Shown: positions 12,449 to 21,505 of the stretch, one piece after another
Position numbering within the stretch: position 1 is the stretch's first letter
Layout of the letters: the number at the start of each line of letters is the position of its first letter
From: Heterodontus francisci
Lineage: Eukaryota
DNA: 64,000 nt
Assembly (NCBI RefSeq): GCF_036365525.1
Contig: NC_090413.1
Span: 28,410,262 to 28,474,261, forward strand
Direction: 5' to 3'
The notes under the pieces: model-generated
The model's database searches: none
Seen by the model: only the letters and a program-made list of their open reading frames with translations
Told to the model about the DNA's origin: nothing
Made by a program: the position numbers and the translations under genes

Positions 12449-13895
12449 GTAAGGAGTTGTCTGTTAGCTCGATGTTACTTGGGTTTTAAGGGTGAAGGGA
12501 AGGGGTAACGTATGAAATGGCATTGTGTTGTATTTTCCCCTTAACATAGTCCGCAATGAATGTGAAACCGAAGATTGAAATTTTCTTTGTTTAAACCGCA
12601 GCCTTCTGAGCCTCCATTCAGAGGCTAAGCTCTGACTCTAGCCTTGATGGAAATTCATCGACATAATTGTGCCATGAACTGGGAAGATATGAATTAGTGC
12701 TTTGATTTCCTTCTTGGTCCTGACCTCTGCCTCTAAGAATGATGGGAAATTGCTGGTTAAACAGCTCATCGCAGTGCAGTCTAGCCAGTGCTCCCACCAA
12801 GCGCTCTCCTGTGCTCCCCAATCTCTTTCCCTGACCAATATCTATCCTGGTCTTTGCCTACCCATTTACATCACCACCCCCACACCCCAACCCCTACACC
12901 CTCCACAGGTGTTGTGTTCTGTACATTCACACTGTAAATTGGTCACCTTGCCATGCGAACCTTCACTTGTTTTTTAAGGTATTGAGCACTCCTAGGAGAT
13001 GGGAATGGAATTGCTTGTCATGGGGATTGTGACTGGTATGGAAAGAATTCAGTCCAAAAAAGCTACAACTCCGCCTCAGCTGATATTCAAAGTCTACTCT
13101 CCCTCATTGGTTAATGTTACTGGTTCTTAAATACTACAGCAAGAGATGGTATAATGTCTCTGGGAACTGGCTAATTGGTCAGTATTTGTAAACTGCATAT
13201 GGAGAAGGTGGGTGAGAGTGTAGGTTCTGCTTTGTGGTGCATTATGTTGACCTATTGAAGAACTATATGCTCACAAGTTGTTCTTCATAATTCTGTTACA
13301 AGTGGAGTTTCTATTCTGATTTTGCGATTTTAATCTTCCGTTAATATGAAGTGTTTAGTGGGATGCACTGACTGAGGGGCAAGCAGTGGTCGAGATTAAT
13401 TGGTCCATGTGTAGAGAGCCCACAGACACAGTAATATTTGTTGAGTATACAGCTCCAGGGTGTCAGGTGGACAGGGAAAGGCAAACACAGTGATCACTGG
13501 AGAACAGCAAGCTATGTAATAGTGTGATAGGCTGCAGCTGTCCCTCTTCCTCTGCCTCTTTACCTTTCTGGCACGTGCTTCTCCGCGCCGCTCCCCTCAG
13601 GCCCCCTGTGCCCAGATACATCAGTTGCTTCAACGGTTCATGTGTCCGGTGGAATGTAATGAGTCGGGTTAAACGTGTATTCAATGTGTTTTTCTTTATC
13701 GAATTTTAACCTGAACGAGATTAAATAGGTTACGATGAATCTGATAGCTGTATCTAAAAGAAACAAACAGTCACTATACTTGCTAAGCATGGTGCCTTAA
13801 ATATCCATGTCAAAGCTTATAACGCAGCTACATGCCATTATGTTATCGGGATATATAGTGCCATTAGACCTGAAAATGCTCTTTTTCTCTGACAG

Positions 13896-14083
13896 CCAAT
13901 GCCAGCAACTCCATGTCCTATGGCCATAGTACTGGTCTTCTGGGAAACTACCCCAGTTCCAGCTCCAGAGTTCAGCAGGGATCTGGCCTCAGTGACTATC
14001 CAGAGTCCGGAAGCAGCCAGTTGGGTTATGGCAATTTTGAAAGTTATGACAATTACAGTCACTCTTACAGGGACTATGAGCAG
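13896..14083 (+). CDS. RAVER1: RAVER1 exon ANASNSMSYGHSTGLLGNYP...YRDYEQ (Ser/Tyr/Gly-rich)
   Basis: ttctctgacag| acceptor, |gtatgt donor, 188 nt, phase 1-0. Confidence 0.88.
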
Positions 14084-14564
14084 GTATGTTGGAAATGTGC
14101 TTTGTTAGCAGTTTGCAATGCTGTGATTGGGTTTTAGTGTAATTGGGCTTGTCCCTTTTCCTGAATAGTTCGCTGCAGGCAGCCCTCATTCTGAATTCTT
14201 TTCACCACAAAGCTGGAATTTGCTGGTGGTAGTGTTACTGGGTAAATGTGGTGTTTGTCCGCTGATGTTACCAACTTTCCAGACTCAGTCGCCTTCTGCA
14301 ATTTCAGGGAACTGGTCCACTATGTAATCAGTTTGTTTACAGCAATCCTGAAACAGGAAATGACATTGAATACTGATGAGATTGAAATACCACATTCGAC
14401 AACAAGATACTGAGAGTAATGAGACTGGGGAGGCAGGTCACTTCCAATGTTATAATACTATGGAAAAGTACTTGTCTTTTTATTTAAAAAAAAAACTAGG
14501 ATTTGGTAATATATTGCTAAAATATATATTCTGAGCGTTTTCTAATGCACGAGAATATTTCACT

Positions 14565-14785
14565 ACCGTACTGAGGGAATGCTGCACAGTTAAAGGTGCC
14601 GCCTTTCAGATGAAACCTGCCCTCACAGGTGGACATAAAAGATCCCATGGCACTATTTGTATTAAAGCAGAATAGTTCCCTTGTATTCTAGCTAATATTA
14701 ATCCCTCATCCAATTGTACTAAACAGATTAGTTGCTTATTTGTCTCTGGTGTTTGTGAGATCTTACTGTGCATATTTTCTGCTAG
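14565..14785 (+). mobile_element. Degenerate Deu-domain SINE fragment (SacSINE1/AmnSINE-like)
   Basis: gtactgagggaatgctgcac...caggtggacataaaagatcccatggcactattt core. Confidence 0.6.
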
Positions 14786-15043
14786 TTGCTGTACAGTGCT
14801 GGAACATCTGAGTTTGATCCTTGTTCTAGGCTTCTTCCTCCATTGGTCTCTGCTGGAAAGTGCCTGTGTAGTTCGGGTAGGGTTGGGTTGCCCATCCATG
14901 TACAATAAATTGCCAGCCTCTACTATGACACTCTCAAAGAAGAATGACGAACTATACCCCAGCAAAAGTTCAAGTACCACTGAAGGAAAAGGAGAAAACT
15001 GACATTATAATTTTAAATTAACTTTCTAATTTTATGTTATCAG

Positions 15044-15115
15044 GAAAGAGAAATGGAGCGCTACCCACTATCGCGTAATTCTGGGCTTAGAGGGTACAGT
15101 CGTGACAGAAACGAG
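15044..15115 (+). CDS. RAVER1: RAVER1 repeated exon copy 1, EREMERYPLSRNSGLRGYSRDRNE
   Basis: ttatcag| acceptor, gag|gtaaat donor, 72 nt, phase 0-0. Confidence 0.82.
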
Positions 15116-15753
15116 GTAAATCTTATAAAGAAAATTGAAGATTAAACATCCTAGTAGAGGCAGCTGTAGTATAAATGTTTGAAAGGGTTAATGTCTGGGA
15201 CAGAGAGTAACACCTCCCACTGTGATGTAAGAGATGACATGGGAGAGAGACTTCTAGAAGAGAAGCAGCATGGCTTTAGTTGAGTTAGACATACTTATGT
15301 AAAGCTGTATATAGTTCTTTAATAGGTAATAAACTAGTTATTACAACTTACCAAAGGCTCAGGAATCTCTCCTAGCTAGACAAAGCAAACATACAACAGC
15401 AGCTGGATGCTTGGAGACTGTACGTTCTCGGGATACGTTAGCTACATTTACAGGCCAGATGTTCTTGCATTCCTTCTCCAGACTACAGAGTTAATTCTGT
15501 TTTACCAGGACAGTAGTTAGGCATCCATGTTTGATCTTGGTACACTGGGTAAACAAGGGACAAAAACAGCTGGGGTTCATGCTCTTTGTTAGTGTCCTGC
15601 ATGGGGAGGGACTGAGTTTAGTTTAGATGCTGTGAAGGTTGAATAGCTGTGACGTGAGGTAGGTAACTGGGAAGTAACAGCAGAGAAGGGCCTTGATGAA
15701 AGTTTGTCTCTACAGTTAAATGAATGATCTGATTGAGGTTTGTTCCTGACTAG

Positions 15754-15834
15754 GAAAGGGAGCTGGAGAGGTACTCAATGTCCCGTGACCCTGGCCTAGG
15801 AGGAATTGGGGGCTATGGGCGTGATCGAAATGAG
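15754..15834 (+). CDS. RAVER1: RAVER1 repeated exon copy 2, ERELERYSMSRDPGLGGIGGYGRDRNE
   Basis: ttcctgactag| acceptor, gag|gtacgt donor, 81 nt, phase 0-0. Confidence 0.8.
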
Positions 15835-16428
15835 GTACGTTTTACAAAGGGATTCCATGATTAGAATAAAGCATTCGAAGTAACGTACTAACTGATTCAT
15901 ATCTTGCTCTTTTGGGACTATACGTTACTAGATTCAGCCGTGAGTCATTACAGTTCCTTTCACTAAATACAATTCCAAGCAGAGTGCATCAGAGTGGAAC
16001 AGTTCAGTGACGGTCAGTAGTTACCACTTCCAAGAGCTGCAGCAGTGAGCAATGCAGACTCCAATATTCCCAGCTCAGTCACCAGCTTGTGCTGAGTTTG
16101 CTGATATCCATCAGGCAGGGATTGGCAAACTACAGTTGTCCTCAGCACACTGAGCCAAGAAGGGTCAACAGTCACGCAGGGGCTGGCATTTGTGATTGTT
16201 ATTCGATGACAGCTGCTGCAGTGAGATTGGCCAGGATGGAATCAGGTTTGGTTAAGATGCACTATGAAGTTGATTAGCCTGTCAACACTTGCTTTGTGTA
16301 ATGACCAGTTGGACAAAGTACGGGGTGCCAGTGGAATCTGTCATATGATGCCCCAGTAAGGAACTAATGCCCTTAAAAGGGAAAATATTGTCGAGAAAAT
16401 CCAAGTTCACTGAGGCTTTCTTTGTTAG

Positions 16429-16500
16429 GAAAGGGAGCTGGAACGATACCCGCTACTGCGCGACCCTGGACTTGGAGGGTACGGATCTGATCAAAATGAG
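16429..16500 (+). CDS. RAVER1: RAVER1 repeated exon copy 3, ERELERYPLLRDPGLGGYGSDQNE
   Basis: ctttctttgttag| acceptor, gag|gtaaag donor, 72 nt, phase 0-0. Confidence 0.82.
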
Positions 16501-17096
16501 GTAAAGATTAGAATAAAGAACCTTTCAAGTTATCCACCAGGTTCAGGATTGCTAATTAAAATAAAATTTCAAGCTTCTGTGTTTAGTACAGGACATTAGT
16601 AACAGCTAGCAATCAGATGAGCACATGCACTGTGTAGAGCCATACAGACCTGTTCCAGGTTGATCCTTGGTCTGAGTTTGCTTGGCTAAGAGGAGCCAGC
16701 ATTTAGGATTCTCTAAATAGTCTTTACCTTCAAATTAGGGCTGAGTTTGGACAAATCAAGCTTTTACTCTGGATCCCTATCTAATGTCTCTATGTCAGTT
16801 CCCTGAGGTCATGTTTGGCTACAGTCCAGTCCATGGCCAAAATAACCTGCCAATAATTGTCCAGGTTTATATATGAATGGCCAGGGGCAAGGCATCAGTG
16901 GCAACATAGGCTGGTAAAATTCCCCCTTGAGAGAGCAGGAGCAATGTGAAGTGAAGTTTAAGCCAGCTGAGTTTGCTGGTTGTTGCTCCTGGGATGGTTT
17001 GGAGTTCTGTATAAATGTGTCATTTGGAAGTAGTTGAAATTTGTTGGATTTTATTTGAAGTGTATGATTGCTAACAGTCTCTCTTCCTTGTTTAAG

Positions 17097-17216
17097 CGAT
17101 CGACTCAATGTGGATATGATTTGGAACCTACTGCACCTCCACTATACTCCAGCTCTCCCACATCCTATTTCACCAGTGGTGTAAGAGCAGGACTCCGTCA
17201 AGGCTACTCCACCAAG
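17097..17216 (+). CDS. RAVER1: RAVER1 exon RSTQCGYD...YSSSPTSYFTSGVRAGLRQGYSTK
   Basis: ctaac branch point, pyrimidine tract, tttaag| acceptor, |gtgggc donor; SPTSYFTSG matches human. Confidence 0.88.
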
Positions 17217-17256
17217 GTGGGCACAAATAATAGAATGCATTGATGTTCATTCATTA

Positions 17257-18087
17257 TGTTGCGACCAGGTCAGAAAGGTGTCTAAGGGCCCCTCTCCGCC
17301 CTCACCTGGTCTTGCTGTAACAGGATTTAATTTTTAACTGTTTTTAGCTCCCCCTTGGTGAATCCTTGTTCACTGCTTTCCAATTATAAGGCAAAGAAAC
17401 CAGCACAAACAGGCCTTCTCAGGTTTAAAGAAGAAAGGTTCAAGTTTAATAAACTTGAACTTAAACACTAATTCGGTTGACGCTTAAGGATACATGATGC
17501 GTCGATGCTAGCATGCTTATGCGATGCATGCAAATTGAGACAGAGAAGAGAAGAAAAATCAAGTGGAAAAGTTTGAGGCAATATCTGAAGAGTTGTTACA
17601 GTTCTTGATTGCTGGTAGATCTTGTTTTTCGTTGCGACCCAGTATTCTTCAACTTTGTTCGCTGTAGGAGACTTTTCTGTCTTGGGGTTCATGTGTCTTC
17701 AGTAGATTGAGAGGCTTCTGAGAAAGAGATGGGAGCAGACAGGCGAGAGATCTTCAGTCCAGGAGCAAACAGACACTGAGTTCAAACTGTTTGTACAATT
17801 CAGAAAAAACCCAGGTTGCCAAGCAGGTTAGTCATGTGACTAACTGGTCTGACCACGTCTCTGGACTGCTCCTCTTACACACAATACCTGGTGATCAAGG
17901 TCCATTGTGGGTTGAATGTGTCAGGGAATGGTCCTTTGGCCTACCAATCACTGTCTGTTAATATGCAAATGTCTTTTCCAGCCACGGCTGATCTGTTTAA
18001 CAAGTCCTTTCTTCACTCCAGTAACAATTTAAAATCATGACAAAATTAATGTGCCTCATTCTTGGCAGGTGGAGGCCTAGCATGACA
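17257..18087 (-). mobile_element. Solo LTR-like element, copy 1 (~830 bp)
   Basis: TGT...ACA termini, flanked by TTA on both sides, colinear with 20109-20949; orientation inferred from a minus-strand poly(A)-like signal. Confidence 0.75.
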
Positions 18088-18669
18088 TTAACTGATAACT
18101 GGAGCTCATTTCTCCCTGGGCTGCACATCGTTCTCTAACTGTGCAACAACACATTTTAACAAGGAATGCTCGGATCCTTTTAATACTCCATCTTCCTGGT
18201 TTAGTTATTTTTTTCTCCCCCAGTCTATGCTCAGTTAACTGATCTCGGCCACAGCTCAAGGGGAAAATCATCCAGAATTTCTGCTCCTGATTGGTTGTCC
18301 AGTAAACTCCTGCTGGGAAGGGTGCATGTGAGTCCTGACAGGATAGACTCCAACTTGACTAGAACTCTGCACGTTCAAATCAACATCAGTTCTTAATGTG
18401 CAATGATTGGTGCTTCTGATGGTCTACATGAAACTATACCACAGTGAGGGTAGGGAGGGATAGTCCACCTGTTCCTGTGGGGAAGCACCCGACCAAGTGT
18501 GGAGAATTTTTGGTACAATCCTTCCTCTTGTCCCTCTAACACCACATGTTGGTTCTAAAATAAATTGTATCACCTGACCAAGCAGGATGTACATTTTTGA
18601 GATGCTGTCGCCATCCTCAAACATCTGAGTACTTCATGTACAATGAATTGCTTTGTAGAGCAATGACTC

Positions 18670-18945
18670 ATTGAGGCGAATGTGGCAGGCAGTTTGTGCA
18701 AAACAAAATTCCATGAGCAATGACATGAATGAGCAGTTAATCTGTGTTTGCTGTATGTTGAGGGAGGAATGTTTGTCAGGACACCATGAAATTCTCTTCC
18801 TCTTGACTAGTTAACAGTTCATCAGGTGGAGGGGGCCCTTTTGTTTAACTTCTCCAAAGGATGGTACAGCATTCACTTGGTACTGCGCTGGAGTCAGGCT
18901 TGAAGAGACACATCTCCTACTTGGGAGAGCACTAACAACTGAGCT
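18670..18945 (-). mobile_element. Degenerate Deu-domain SINE
   Basis: similar to 53343-53686 and 56147-56482. Confidence 0.45.
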
Positions 18946-19379
18946 CAATCACACCATTTAACAATAGAAATTTATTTTAATTCACTCCCCTTCTGATCAA
19001 AACCTCTGATATATTACCATCGGCTCGGTAGTGGACCCTGAATTCTGCAGAAATCTTTTTTGAATGCAGTCATGTATTATGGCTGACCTCTGAATATTGT
19101 CCTCTTTTTCCACCAATCAGTTTGTTATATCTCTCAATGAGTGAGGTCTACATTCCACCTGTATGAATCCATCTGTTCCTCTGCTTTTGGTGCTTGGCTG
19201 ACTGGGGTCTGTTGGCAAAAAGTGTGGAGTTGGGGGATGAGGATTTTCATGTCTGTTTTATAAAAAATGGCTGATGATTCAGTGTTCAGAATCCTGTGTA
19301 AATTACATAATTGTTGTCATGGTATGAAATTCATGTAACATTGAGTGAGCTGGAGATGTGACTCTCATCTGTGTTGCAG

Positions 19380-19457
19380 TTAAATCCACTGCTGAGTTCC
19401 GGGGCAGGACTCTTGGGTGCTCGTCCTGCCAACTCCCCACCAGGCTCCATGCTGAAG
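19380..19457 (+). CDS. RAVER1: RAVER1 exon LNPLLSSGAGLLGARPANSPPGSMLK
   Basis: gttgcag| acceptor, |gtaact donor, 78 nt, phase 0-0; corresponds to human GSGEGLLGLSP...LLK. Confidence 0.87.
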
Positions 19458-20108
19458 GTAACTGTCTGATTGCTCTGTTTATTTCTCCCTATCTTGTGTG
19501 CTTGCATTGTGTCTGTGCACACTACATTGTTAGCATAATGAGTGCTCCCCTGGTGTTCCAGATTAGTGCAGGAGTGTGCAGTCGTCAGTGAGTTGAGTTC
19601 TTGGGATCTGTATGAATGAATGGGCAAAAACCACTTTTACATTCATTCAGTCGTTCGACTTGCAGCTTTTGATCATGGTTTCCTGAGAACCCAGCTACTT
19701 TGAAGTAGGATTTGAACTCAGCTACTCAATAGGTATTTAATTCAAGACTGTTTTGGGAAGACTAATCCACATGTAAGGCTGAAGATCTCAGCAATGTCCT
19801 CATGGAATGGCATCAAGTAGAACCAGCCAATTTCCATGGGTGGAAAAGTCACCAGGGCTTCACTGCTCACCTGCAACGACTGCGTCAGGACTCTCCTACA
19901 CAGAAGGTTACCAGTCCTTGATTTGGTTAGGAGTGGTATGAACTTCATGGAAAGGCAGAAAAATGTTTTCTTTTCTCGAAAGGAAAAGTGGTAAATACAC
20001 CGATTACAGTCAGTCATACAGGACCAGTTAGTCTGTGGTAGGTTAGCTGATCTCAGCTGTGGCAGCACTCCAGGGAGACCACACACAAACTCGGCAAGCT
20101 GAGAGTGT

Positions 20109-20949
20109 TGTTACGACCAAGTGAGAAAGTTGCCAGGGGTTCCTCTCAGCCTTCACCTGGTCTTACTGTAACATGGTTTGATTTTAAACATACCATGTTT
20201 TGAGCTTCCCCCTTGTTCACTGCTTTCCAATTATAAGGCAAAGAAATGAACACAAACAGGCTTTCTTGGGTTTAAAGAAGAAAAGTGAAATTTATTAAAC
20301 TTAAACTAAAAACTCTAATTGGGTTAACGCCTACAGATACACGCCGCGCCCCACACTAGCATGCATACGCGATACACATATGTAAATAGAGACAGAAAAG
20401 AGCAGAAGAAAAATAAAGTGGAAAGGTCTGAGACAATATTTGAAGAATTTTTTTGTTACAGGTATTCGAGCTCACTGTAGAGTCCTTGTTTGTAGGTGGA
20501 TCTTCTCATTTGGGCCCAATATTATTCTTAAACCTTGTTCACTAGGAAACTTTTCTTTCCTTGGGGTTCATGTGTCTTCAATGGATTCTGAAGCTGGTGA
20601 GAAAGATGGGAGTAGACAGGAGGAGAAGAGATTTTTTCAATCCAGGAGCACCGAGCTTTCTGTCTTCAAACACTCTTTCTCCAGTTTAAAACTCAGTTCA
20701 AATCTCTAACAGTCAGTTAGTCATGTGACTAAACTGGTCTGACCATGTCTGTTCTGTGTATTGGGAGCAGGGTATAGCTCCTTTGTTCCAAGACTGTCTG
20801 TCTGCTAGTATGCAAAAATGGCTTTCCAGCCGGGGGCTTGGCACCTCTTGTATTAGGCCTTCTCTTCTTCCAAGCAACACTTTGAAATTTAATGTCCATG
20901 TGGCAAAATTAATGTGCCTCATTCTTGGCAGGTGGGGGCCTGCATGACT
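20109..20949 (-). mobile_element. Solo LTR-like element, copy 2 (~840 bp)
   Basis: TGTTACGACC...GCATGAC(T) termini with a 4-bp target-site duplication GTGT (20105-20108 and 20950-20953); same family as 17257-18087. Confidence 0.78.
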
Positions 20950-21358
20950 GTGTTGAAGGTTTTCTTGGCTCGCTACAAATTACCAAGATATTAGGCAGGA
21001 TTGTCAGCAACACAGGCTCATTCACAGAGGGCTGAACCAAGTGGAAAATGCCTCAGTAAAACTGTAAAAAATGAAGCATTTTATCAGCCCTGCCAGGGTT
21101 GAATGTGTTAATAGAACATACTAGAAAACCTCTAGAAGTAGATCATTACTTACACCAGTGTGTTATATTTTCACTTTCAATTCCTTGGATCTAATATTAT
21201 GTCTCTCAAATTTAAGAGACCCATTCGAGATACGAGGCATGATGGTGCCCCTCCTTTCAATGTTTTTCTGTTGAGCCCTGTGTCAGTAGAGTTTGAAAGT
21301 TTGGGAGAAGGTTTGGTTCGACATTGCCTTCAAGTGACCTTAATTCTCTCTGTTCCAG

Positions 21359-21505
21359 ACACCACTCATTGGTCACAAGCGGGGTGCTTCTCACCTGATC
21401 CCATCACCCGAGCCCAGTCCAGAGGGAGGCTACATCGGCCAGCACTCGCAAGGCCTGGGTGGCCACTACGCTGACTCTTACCTGAAGCGCAAGAGGATAT
21501 TTTAG
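21359..21505 (+). CDS. RAVER1: RAVER1 last coding exon TPLIGHKRG...YLKRKRIF* (C-terminal NLS)
   Basis: ttccag| acceptor, TAG at 21503-21505, near-identical to the recalled human C-terminus. Confidence 0.97.
   Translation, partial: TPLIGHKRGASHLIPSPEPSPEGGYIGQHSQGLGGHYADSYLKRKRIF

Larger units (their letters stand above)
816..21505 (+). other. RAVER1: RAVER1 gene, 3' portion (PTB-binding splicing co-repressor); 5' exons lie upstream of the window
   Basis: join(816..1007,1459..1588,2980..3083,7383..7469,9386..9494,10735..11006,12358..12448,13896..14083,15044..15115,15754..15834,16429..16500,17097..17216,19380..19457,21359..21505) gives a continuous frame with GT-AG introns. It contains the RRM3 end (GFAVVEY...RVSFCAPG), [26 protein letters not shown] and a C-terminus ([34 protein letters not shown]) matching RAVER1 rather than RAVER2. 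It is adjacent to FDX2, as in human. Confidence 0.95.

Noticed and set aside
17257-20949. Intact LTR retrotransposon (LTR-internal-LTR)
   Set aside because: The internal 2 kb has no gag/pol or primer-binding site, contains a host exon and old SINE debris, and each LTR has its own flanking duplication.
816-21505. RAVER2 identity for the first gene
   Set aside because: The C-terminus ([12 protein letters not shown]), the SPTSYFTSG exon and adjacency to FDX2 fit RAVER1.
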